NCBI GenBank assembly: GCA_963733295.1 | Contig: CAVTCS010000003.1 | Location: 192,001 to 256,000 of the forward strand | Origin: Vulcanimicrobiota bacterium | GTDB lineage: Bacteria > Vulcanimicrobiota > Vulcanimicrobiia > Vulcanimicrobiales > Vulcanimicrobiaceae | Direction: 5' to 3' | Length of the DNA stretch: 64,000 nucleotides | In this document: in pieces, positions 52,105 to 59,649 of the stretch | Layout: each line of letters opens with the position of its first letter | How positions within the stretch are numbered: the stretch's first letter is position 1 | Translations under genes and position numbers: made by a program | The notes under the pieces: model-generated | What the model was told of the DNA's origin: nothing | The model's database searches: none | What the model saw: only the letters and a program-made list of their open reading frames with translations

Positions 52105-53460
52105 TTGAAAACCAATCTAAGGGTCCTTTCCGCGTGCGTCGTAGGAGCGATAGCGGTATCGGGATGCGGAGCGTCGTCTGGAACCGGCTCTCCGGGTCCC
52201 AACAAAATCCAGCCTCCGGGCGCGAACGTGCTGCAACTCGCAGTCGGAACGGCAAACATCTATGGAACAGGGTCCGGGGTCAACGTCGTGACGACGTACC
52301 GGCAGCCAAAGGGCTCTTCGGCCCCAGGCGACAGCGGCGCGCTAACCAACTCGCCGACCCTGACCATCCCTAGCGGCTTTCCGGCTGCACCTGGGATAAG
52401 TGGGCCGGCCATTGGGGCCGATCCGCTCTCGACGATCATCACCGGCCCGGCGCTGACGGAGATTCCGAATCCTCCGACCGGTGTCGGCTCGATGACTGCC
52501 ACGGCGCAAGCGCCACCGGAACCGATCAACACGACGACGACGACCTTCGGCCAGGCCGGTGGTGTTTTCGGCCTCGGTATCGAGCCGTTCAACTACACCT
52601 CGGCAAGCGGAACGCCGTTCGCCGTCAATCCCTATCCGGTGCCGCTGTATGACGCGCTGGCGGGGGCTGCGCCGCCGACGTTCAGCAGCCTCACCGGCGA
52701 TCCGAATCAAATACCGGCAGCTTGGGGAGGCGTGCCCGCCTTCGACATTCTCGGGACCGGACAAGCCCCCAACGGTAGCGGAATCGTACCAGGCGGTACG
52801 GCTGGCATCAGTGCGGGCCTCAACGTCTTCCAGATCCCCCCGGCTGCGAACGTGCCCTACTCCTTGACGGTAACGATCGCGCAATCGAGTAGCGGTACGT
52901 TCACGAAGACCGCAAGCGCGCAAATGGCCTCGACCGTGCTCTTGCCGACCATGGCGTCGCCAACCTACACGCCTGATGCAACCGGAAACGGCGGGGTGTT
53001 CGGAATCACCCTTCCGGCCGGTGTCACGGAGGCTTACCTCGAGGTGGTCGACTTCGGTACGCAGGACGGGGCCGACAACGCGTTGCCGAATTGCAACGGT
53101 GCGTCGGTCGGTGCTCCGATCTTCTACACGTTCGAAGCCACCGCCAGCGGCACGTTCACATTGACTGACACGATGGGTCCTGGTGGAGTTCAGTCAATTT
53201 GTGCGGCCGCTGACAATTCGACCGTGAACGGTGCTCCCACCGCTCCGGACATCGTTTATACGTGGGCAATCGGGTTCGATTACCCCGCATACGAGGCGTC
53301 CTATCCGAACAGCAAGGGGAACCCCGCACCCACGATCCTCGGAGCCTCAGGTCAGTCGGACATCACGATCTCACCTGCGGGAATCTTCAATCCGGCGCCT
53401 CCGCTGCCGCCGGCGGCCAGCTTCCGGCACAACAGAGGTCTCCACTTCAAGCACCGGTAG
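52105..53460 (+). CDS. Pro/Gly/Thr-rich lipoprotein, partner of the TBDR-like gene
   Basis: TTG start after AGGA; lipobox AVSG-C; 19-nt gap after the TBDR gene; shared terminator. Confidence 0.78.
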   Translation: MKTNLRVLSACVVGAIAVSGCGASSGTGSPGPNKIQPPGANVLQLAVGTANIYGTGSGVNVVTTYRQPKGSSAPGDSGALTNSPTLTIPSGFPAAPGISGPAIGADPLSTIITGPALTEIPNPPTGVGSMTATAQAPPEPINTTTTTFGQAGGVFGLGIEPFNYTSASGTPFAVNPYPVPLYDALAGAAPPTFSSLTGDPNQIPAAWGGVPAFDILGTGQAPNGSGIVPGGTAGISAGLNVFQIPPAANVPYSLTVTIAQSSSGTFTKTASAQMASTVLLPTMASPTYTPDATGNGGVFGITLPAGVTEAYLEVVDFGTQDGADNALPNCNGASVGAPIFYTFEATASGTFTLTDTMGPGGVQSICAAADNSTVNGAPTAPDIVYTWAIGFDYPAYEASYPNSKGNPAPTILGASGQSDITISPAGIFNPAPPLPPAASFRHNRGLHFKHR

Positions 53461-53484
53461 GTCTAACCGAGTCTCTTGAAAAGC

Positions 53485-53524
53485 AATGCGGTCTCCGGAA
53501 CTATCCGGAGACCGCATTCTTTTG
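53485..53524 (+). terminator. Intrinsic terminator of the TBDR-lipoprotein operon
   Basis: AATGCGGTCTCCGGA-acta-TCCGGAGACCGCATT (15-bp perfect stem) followed by CTTTTGTT. Confidence 0.9.
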
Positions 53525-53579
53525 TTGTATCTGGCTTGCCCCGAAAGGTTGTAGGTGCGAGCCGAGGTACAGCGAGCGG

Positions 53580-53792
53580 ATGACGTACGGCTATCACTGC
53601 GAGGAATGCGAAGAGGCCGCGTGGCCCGCGACGACGCGTTCCGAACTCCAGTGGCTCAAAGATCGCGAGCACGTCGTGCGTGAGGTCGCGCGGCACGTCG
53701 CAGCCGGACTCGACACGTGGATCGTCGAGGCGCTCGATTTTCTTGAGAAGCATCGTGGGCATAGCGTCGCGATCAGTCGCCGGCCTACTTAG
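53580..53792 (+). CDS. Small (70-aa) putative zinc-binding protein (CxxC ... HxxH)
   Basis: MTYGYHCEECEEAAW...FLEKHRGHSV; fills the gap after the terminator; promoter-like motif immediately upstream. Confidence 0.7.
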   Translation: MTYGYHCEECEEAAWPATTRSELQWLKDREHVVREVARHVAAGLDTWIVEALDFLEKHRGHSVAISRRPT

Positions 53793-53821
53793 CGCGTCGC
53801 GCGTCGTACGTCGCTGCTGTT

Positions 53822-53985
53822 GGTTGCTGCGTGGGGTGGCGCGGGGTAACGCTCCGGGACCGCTGTCGATTTCCCCATCCAGGGAAAATCGACGCTGCAC
53901 CGCTCGGAGCTCTCGCGCATCCGGCGCTTCGCTCCGAGTCGGAGCTCCCGGAGCGTCACTGCGCGCTGGCCCCACGCAGCCAACC
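53822..53985. other. Y-shaped ~165-nt palindromic element (candidate ncRNA or miniature repeat element)
   Basis: Arms 53822-53859 and 53946-53985 pair over ~38 nt; two internal hairpins (53865-53893, 53903-53938), both with CATCC at the loop. Confidence 0.7.
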
Positions 53986-54050
53986 CTGCGCGCGTTGGTA
54001 AGGCGCTTAAGTGTAGCGCATTGGCGAATTGATCGCGTCGCAGCAAGGGG

Positions 54051-54094
54051 GAAAAGGAGAACGGCGCTCCTCCGTGAGCGCCGTTCTCCTTTTC
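54051..54094. terminator. Bidirectional intrinsic terminator
   Basis: GAAAAGGAGAACGGCGCTC-ctccgt-GAGCGCCGTTCTCCTTTTC, a perfect 19-bp inverted repeat with T-runs on both strands, just past the LysM gene stop. Confidence 0.88.
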
Positions 54095-54107
54095 TCTGCG
54101 GGCTGGG

Positions 54108-54395
54108 TTATTGGGGGATTTTTAGTTCTTGGCCGGCTTGAATGGTGGGCGCGCTGAGGTGGTTCGCGACCGTGATTTGGTCGATAGTGTCCTGAACGTT
54201 GCCGCCGTCGGCGGTGTATTTCGCGGCGAGCGACCAGAGGCTGTCGCCGCGCTGGACGGTGGCAGTCGTAAAGCGCTCGGGGCTCGCGGCGTAGAGTCGC
54301 GATGACGAGAGGGCCGGGACCGCGATCAGCGCACCGAGCGCGGCCATTGCGAGGGCCGGCGTCAGGGTTATCCGCTTGCGTCTCGGCGTGTACAT
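54108..54395 (-). CDS. yneA: SOS cell-division inhibitor-like protein (TM + LysM; YneA/ChiZ/DivS type)
   Basis: N-terminal TM, TVQRGDSLWSLA...I...N.L....IQAGQ.L.IP LysM; divergent from lexA; SD AGGAG. Confidence 0.8.
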   Translation of the reverse strand: MYTPRRKRITLTPALAMAALGALIAVPALSSSRLYAASPERFTTATVQRGDSLWSLAAKYTADGGNVQDTIDQITVANHLSAPTIQAGQELKIPQ

Positions 54396-54423
54396 CTCTC
54401 ATCTCCTAGCCCATATATTGGGC

Positions 54424-54437
54424 CAAACGCCTGTTCG
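54424..54437. promoter_or_regulatory. LexA operator (Gram-positive SOS/Cheo box)
   Basis: CAAAC-gcct-GTTCG versus consensus CGAAC-N4-GTTCG; just downstream of the yneA -10. Confidence 0.85.
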
Positions 54438-54445
54438 TCCACCAC

Positions 54446-54474
54446 ATTTTAGCAACCGGCTGTGGATATGTCAA
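54446..54474 (-). promoter_or_regulatory. SigA/sigma70 promoter of the yneA-like gene
   Basis: Minus strand TTGACA-N17-TAAAAT with extended -10 TG. Confidence 0.85.
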
Positions 54475-54482
54475 GGATTTCT

Positions 54483-54496
54483 CGAACGTATGTTTG
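54483..54496. promoter_or_regulatory. LexA operator (SOS box) overlapping the lexA -35
   Basis: CGAAC-gtat-GTTTG; overlaps TTGCAT(54494)-N18-TACCCT(54518). Confidence 0.85.
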
Positions 54497-54571
54497 CATT
54501 CAAAGGACCTCTTGTGCTACCCTCGTGCTAATCGCGGCGTGGTTTCGCGCCGCAGTCAGTAGGAGTGCCAC

Positions 54572-55189
54572 ATGGCAGAGCGAGCCCCGACGGAGCGCCA
54601 GGCGCGTATCCTCGAGGTCATCCGCGACTTCACGGAAGAGCGCGGCTACCCGCCGTCGGTCCGCGAAATCGGCGAACGGGTCGGCCTTTCATCCTCCTCG
54701 ACGGTTCAGGCCCATCTCAAGACGCTCGAGAAGCGCGGACTGATCCACCGGGATCCCACCAAACCGCGCGCCCTCATCGCGAGCGGATCCCGCGCCTTCC
54801 AGCGCGCGGAAGCCGACTACGGCGTTTTGCCGATCGTCGGAAAAGTGGCGGCCGGCGTGCCGATCACGGCCACGGAGAACCTCGAGGGCGAATACGTCGT
54901 GCCGGCCGAGCTGGCGCGCAAGCCCGGCACGTTCATGCTGCGCGTGCAGGGCGACTCGATGATCGAGGCGGCGATTCTGGACGGCGATTTGATCGTCGTG
55001 TCGCCCCAACCCGACGCCCGCAACGGCGAGATCGTGGTCGCAATGGTCGACGGTGAAGCGACGGTCAAGCGCTTTTTCCGGGAAGCGGGCCGCGTGCGCT
55101 TACAGCCTGAGAACCGCACGATGCGTCCGATCTTCAGCGACGAGGTGAGCGTTCTCGGGCGCGTCGAGGCCGTCGTCCGGAAGCTCTAA
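54572..55189 (+). CDS. lexA: SOS repressor LexA
   Basis: RGYPPSVREIG, VAAG.P cleavage site, GDSM (Ser), ATVKR (Lys). Confidence 0.98.
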   Translation: MAERAPTERQARILEVIRDFTEERGYPPSVREIGERVGLSSSSTVQAHLKTLEKRGLIHRDPTKPRALIASGSRAFQRAEADYGVLPIVGKVAAGVPITATENLEGEYVVPAELARKPGTFMLRVQGDSMIEAAILDGDLIVVSPQPDARNGEIVVAMVDGEATVKRFFREAGRVRLQPENRTMRPIFSDEVSVLGRVEAVVRKL

Positions 55190-55247
55190 CGCTGGGCTAA
55201 ACTGGGCCGCCGGGGGAACGGGACTTCGGCGCGAATCTGCCTCCCCC

Positions 55248-56435
55248 GTGACCTCGACGTTCCGCGGCAAGCTCGAAGCGATCGAGGCGTCGCTCGTTCC
55301 ACGCATCCGGGCTTTCTCGGAAAGTCCGGAGATGTTGGCCATCCGCTGGGGCCTGCCGTGGAGCTTTGCCGGTCTCGGCGCCGGCCTTCCGATCTTCATG
55401 CTGCTCCGGCCGAGCGGCTCGCTGCTGGACCGCTTCTCGCATTCGTTCGGAGCGGCGTTCGGCGTGATGTCGGCAGTCCTGGTCATCCTGCTCACGCTCG
55501 ACTTGGCGCGACGGCGCGCGGTCCCGGTTTGGCTCGCGCTGCCGACCGCGCTTACGGCATTCGTTCTCTCGCTTCCGTACGGCGAGACGACGTCGTTCGT
55601 CGACCTCGCGACGGCTCTTGGTTCGAGCGGACTCTTCCTCGCGATCGGCGTCGCGTTGATCGACGTGAATGTCCTGCGTTTGACCCGGAGACGCCTCGGA
55701 AACGTGACCGGCTCGGTCGTCGGCGGCGCCGCGATCGTGGGCACCGCGGTTTTCTTGCTCTCGCGCGGCATTTCGTTGACCCTCGAACTCGACCGGCTGA
55801 TCGAGCCGATGGGAATGCTGGGCGACACGCTCACCGCCTTGCTCGTCCTGACGTTCGTCGAAACGCTTTTGTGGACGGTCGGGATCCACGGGCCGGCGCT
55901 GCTCGCCGCGGTCGTGCTACCTGTCTACATCAAGCTGCAGTTGGAAAACACCGAAGCGCTCGCGCACGGTCAGCCGCTGCCGCACATCGTCACGGTCTCG
56001 ATCTTCCTCTTCGTTTTTCCGGGAGGCGCCGGCGCAACGTTGCCGGCGGTGCTGTTGCTCTTGCGCAGCAAGGTCAAGCGCATCCGTACCGTCGCGTTCG
56101 CGACCCTCGTGCCGTCGATCTTCAACGCGAACGAGCCGCTGATGTTCGGCCTGCCGGTCGTCCTCAATCCGACGCTCGGCGTTCCGTTCGTCCTCGCACC
56201 GCTCGTGCTCGCGCTGATCACGTACTACGCGACGGCCTTGGGCTGGGTCGCGCGAACCGCGTACTACATCCCCTCGACGATTCCGATTCCGTTCAACGTC
56301 TTCGTCGCGACCCGCGACTGGCGCTCGCTCGTACTCATCGCCGTCAACTTCTCGGTTTCGCTGCTCATCTACGCACCCTTCGTCGCCACCTACGAACGGC
56401 TCGAGAAGAGGCGCGAGAGCGACCAGGCCGCATGA
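55248..56435 (+). CDS. PTS transporter EIIC component (cellobiose/chitobiose family), stand-alone
   Basis: LLW..GIHG, GG.GATL, P.IFN.NEP.MFGLP.VLNP...VPF...P, IY.PF. Confidence 0.85.
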   Translation: MTSTFRGKLEAIEASLVPRIRAFSESPEMLAIRWGLPWSFAGLGAGLPIFMLLRPSGSLLDRFSHSFGAAFGVMSAVLVILLTLDLARRRAVPVWLALPTALTAFVLSLPYGETTSFVDLATALGSSGLFLAIGVALIDVNVLRLTRRRLGNVTGSVVGGAAIVGTAVFLLSRGISLTLELDRLIEPMGMLGDTLTALLVLTFVETLLWTVGIHGPALLAAVVLPVYIKLQLENTEALAHGQPLPHIVTVSIFLFVFPGGAGATLPAVLLLLRSKVKRIRTVAFATLVPSIFNANEPLMFGLPVVLNPTLGVPFVLAPLVLALITYYATALGWVARTAYYIPSTIPIPFNVFVATRDWRSLVLIAVNFSVSLLIYAPFVATYERLEKRRESDQAA

Positions 56436-57685
56436 TCGAAGCGCTGCTCGAACGCTTTCCGGTCGCGCCGGCGGTAGCGCGCGCCGCGCGCGCCGCGGCA
56501 GCGCGAGCCGGCGGCGCCGATCGTTCGGACCGCGCCGAAATCGAAGCGCGCGTGCTCGCGGCGTTCCTCGAAGAAGGCGTGAACGAAAGCGATCTGGCCG
56601 CGACCTATGGCTACGGCTACGACGACGCCGGACGCGAGCGCTATGAATCGCTGCTGGCGCGAGTGCTCGGAGCGGAGCGCGCCTTCGCGCGGCTTTCATT
56701 CGCAAGCGGCACCAGCGCGATCGTGACGGCGATCGCGGCCTGCCTGCCGCCGCGCGGCCGCATTTTAGCCGCGACCGGCGTGCCGTACGACACGCTGCGT
56801 AACGCGCTCGTCGGCGCTCCACACTCGCTCGTCGCGCAGGGTGCAAGCTATGCGGAAGTCCCGCGTGCGTCAAACGGCGGCGCCGATCTCGATGCGATTG
56901 CCGCCGCGGCGGAGATCGGCGTGGACGTCGTCTTCGTGCAGCGCTCGCGCGGTTACGCGCCGCAGCGCTCGCTCTCGTCGGCGGAGTGCGGCGAGATCGC
57001 CCGCGCGGTGCGCGCCGTCGCCGCGCAAGCTTTCGTCCTGGTTGACAACTGCTACGGCGAGCTGGTCGAGACGAGCGAGCCGACCCACCATGGCGTCGAC
57101 GCGGTCATGGGTTCGCTGATCAAGAACCTCGGCGGCGGGATCGCTCCGGCGGGCGCTTACGTTGCCGGCCGCGCCGAGGTCATCGAACGAGTCGCGGCCC
57201 GGCATTACGCGCCGGGTCTGGGCACCGGCGTGGGACCCAGCTTCGGCCTGACGCGCGACCTGGTGCACGGGCTGTTCCTCGCGCCGCTCGTCGTCGGCGA
57301 GTGCTTGGCAGGGCTCGACTTCGCGGCGGCCCTGTTCGAGGAACTCGGCTTCCGGGTCGACCCGCGGCCGGGCGGACCGCGTCGCGACATCGTGCAGGCC
57401 ATCGCCCTTGGAGATGCGGCCAAGCTGGTCGCCTTTGCCCGCGGGCTACAGCGAGCGATGCCCGTCAACGCCGGGTTCGCGCCCGAAGCCGGTCCGGTGC
57501 CCGGCTATCCCGAGCCGGTGGTCATGTCCGGCGGGGCGTTCGTTCCGGGCGCCACGATCGAGCTTTCCTGCGACGCGCCGCTCCGGCCGCCCTATGAAGT
57601 CTACTTGCAGGGAGGCAGCTCTCGCCTCCACGTGGCAGCCGGGGCGCTCTTCGCGGCTGAAGAGCTCTTCAAAGAAAGCAAATGA
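56432..57685 (+). CDS. PLP-dependent YnbB / aluminium-resistance (methionine gamma-lyase-like) family protein
   Basis: GYGYDD.GRE, SGT.AI, PYDTL, VQRSRGY, VDNCYGE, GSLIKNLGGG, G.TIELS.D.P.R.PY..Y.QGG. Confidence 0.9.
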   Translation: MIEALLERFPVAPAVARAARAAAARAGGADRSDRAEIEARVLAAFLEEGVNESDLAATYGYGYDDAGRERYESLLARVLGAERAFARLSFASGTSAIVTAIAACLPPRGRILAATGVPYDTLRNALVGAPHSLVAQGASYAEVPRASNGGADLDAIAAAAEIGVDVVFVQRSRGYAPQRSLSSAECGEIARAVRAVAAQAFVLVDNCYGELVETSEPTHHGVDAVMGSLIKNLGGGIAPAGAYVAGRAEVIERVAARHYAPGLGTGVGPSFGLTRDLVHGLFLAPLVVGECLAGLDFAAALFEELGFRVDPRPGGPRRDIVQAIALGDAAKLVAFARGLQRAMPVNAGFAPEAGPVPGYPEPVVMSGGAFVPGATIELSCDAPLRPPYEVYLQGGSSRLHVAAGALFAAEELFKESK

Positions 57686-57729
57686 AGCGTGCCGGAGAAG
57701 TCCAGCCCAGTGATTGTGGGAGAGCGCCA

Positions 57730-58131
57730 ATGAGCGAGCCAGACGCCATTTCAAAGAACGGCGAAGGGACGTATCGGCGCCGGTACGTGCGCGTCCCGGT
57801 CGGGCTCGACGTCAATTACGTTCGCGACGGGTTCGACGAGGCCAAGGCGGGACGGCTTTCCGACCTCGGTGGCGGCGGCGTACGCCTAGCGAGCGATGAA
57901 GACCTCGCGCTCGGAGCGGTGTTGCTCTTGCGTTTCGAACTGCCGACAGCTTCGCGCGAACTCGTGGCGCGAGGCCGCATCGTGCTTTCGTTCTACGATG
58001 CCGAGGCCCAGCAGTTCTTCCACGGGATCGCCTTCACGCAGATCGACCCGCGCGATCAGGAAGTCATCGTCACGTACGTCAACGACGAAGTCCAGCGCAT
58101 CGCGTCGATCGAGGAAAAGGCCGCAGAATAA
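57730..58131 (+). CDS. Single-domain PilZ protein
   Basis: RRRYVR (RxxxR) and DLGGGG (D/NxSxxG-like) c-di-GMP motifs; SD GGAG before ATG 57730. Confidence 0.85.
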   Translation: MSEPDAISKNGEGTYRRRYVRVPVGLDVNYVRDGFDEAKAGRLSDLGGGGVRLASDEDLALGAVLLLRFELPTASRELVARGRIVLSFYDAEAQQFFHGIAFTQIDPRDQEVIVTYVNDEVQRIASIEEKAAE

Positions 58132-58156
58132 GGCTTCGCGCCGAGGCGGCGCGCTT

Positions 58157-58390
58157 CTAGCGGCGGCTTCCCATGAAGCCGTAAAAGAAATAACGATTGC
58201 CGTCGGTCGTCTCGACGACGATGCGCGTTTCTTCCAGGGTCGCGCTCGCGATCGTTTTGCCTGCGAGCGTATCGAGGATCCCCTGCGTTTGTTCGAACTC
58301 CGCTTCGCGCAGGGAATCGGCGTCGATCTCCATCAAATTGAGGAGTTCGTCGAGGGTCCCGTGTCCCGTTGGGTCAGCGCCGGTACCTAT
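58157..58390 (-). CDS. Small acidic hypothetical protein; probable ATA start at 58390
   Basis: SD GAGGAGG 8 nt before an in-frame ATA; LAGKTIASATLEETRIVVETTDGNRYFFYGF. Confidence 0.62.
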   Translation of the reverse strand: MGTGADPTGHGTLDELLNLMEIDADSLREAEFEQTQGILDTLAGKTIASATLEETRIVVETTDGNRYFFYGFMGSRR

Positions 58391-58458
58391 GTCGCAGCCC
58401 TCCTCTGGCGTCTCTCCGGGGGAGTTCGACCCGCGGGGGACCAAACTCTCGCAAGAAA

Positions 58459-58758
58459 ATGTATATCCTAGAGGTAATGGGCGGCCCCCTTGACGGCAAG
58501 ACCTGGACCTTCGAGCGGGAGATTACGATCGGCCGGGACGACGCCCTAGCCGGGGCCTGCATTACGCTTGACCGCTATATTTCGCGTCAGCACGCCCAAC
58601 TCCGCGAGGAAGGCGAGGGGCTCGTCCTGACCGACCTTTCCAGCCGGAACGGGACCAAGCTCGACGGACAAACCGTGACGGCCGCGACTCCGATTCCAAT
58701 TGCCCTCGGGGATCGCTTTATCGTGGGCCGGACGCTTCTGCGCGTCGCAAAGAGCTGA
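58459..58758 (+). CDS. Stand-alone FHA-domain protein
   Basis: ITIGR, ISRQHA, DLSSRNGT; TGATG overlap with panC. Confidence 0.9.
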   Translation: MYILEVMGGPLDGKTWTFEREITIGRDDALAGACITLDRYISRQHAQLREEGEGLVLTDLSSRNGTKLDGQTVTAATPIPIALGDRFIVGRTLLRVAKS

Positions 58759-59649
58759 TGCAAACGGTCGTGACTCCCAGCTCGGCGCGGGCCATCGCGC
58801 GGACGCTGCCGCGACCGCTCGGTTTCGTTCCGACGATGGGCGCGCTTCACGCGGGCCACTTGGCGCTCGTCGAGCGCGCCAAGCTCGAGAACGCGTCGGT
58901 CGTCGTCTCGATCTTCGTAAACCCGTTGCAGTTCGCACCGGGCGAAGACTTCGAGCGTTACCCGCGCGCGTTCGAGAGCGATCGCAACCTGCTGGGGGAG
59001 CGCGGGGTCGAGTTGCTTTACGCACCGCAGGTCGAACGCATGTATCCGCGCGGGTTCGCGACCTCCATCGATCCCGGTCCGCTCGGGTCGCGGTTGGAAG
59101 GCGCGCGCCGGCCGGGACACTTTGCGGGCGTTGCGACGGTCGTTGCGAAGCTGTTACACGCGCTCGAGCCGACCTCGCTTTATCTCGGGCAGAAGGACGT
59201 GCAGCAGAGCGCGGTGATCCGGACGATGTTACGCGACCTCGACATGGCGACGAATCTGGTGGTTGCGCCGACCGTGCGCGAATTCGACGGCTTGGCGCTC
59301 TCGAGCCGAAACCTCTTCCTGGACGGCGCGGCTCGCGCTGCGGCGCCGAGTTTCTTTCGCGCGTTGCAAGCCGTCGGCGCAGCCATCGAGCGCGGAGAAC
59401 GAGATGCCCCGAGCGCGCTCGCGACGGGTCGCGCGCTGCTCGAAGCCCCGCTCGATCTGGGATTACCTAGAAATCGTCGATCCGGCAACGTTCGTCTCGC
59501 TCGAGCGCATCGCGCGCCCGGCGCTCGTCGCCGGCGCGGTTTTCGCCGGCGCGACGCGGCTCATCGACAACCTGTCCCTCGCCGGAGCCGATGGCCTCGA
59601 TCCGGTGCTGACGCCGCTTCGTCCGCGCGCCGTGCCCGCGGCGCGATGA
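58758..59649 (+). pseudogene. panC: Pantoate-beta-alanine ligase, interrupted by an apparent 1-nt insertion near 59457
   Basis: GFVPTMGALHAGH, SIFVNP.QF, RPGHF.GV, GQKD.QQ, DGLALSSRN in one frame; C-terminal WDYLEIVD...GATRLIDN continues in the +1 frame to TGA 59649. Confidence 0.85.

Noticed and set aside
53822..53985. Calling the Y-shaped element SRP RNA, 6S RNA or tRNA
   Set aside because: No SRP GNRA/helix-8 motif, no tRNA T-loop or cloverleaf, and the two-hairpin interior does not match the canonical 6S bubble; left unassigned.
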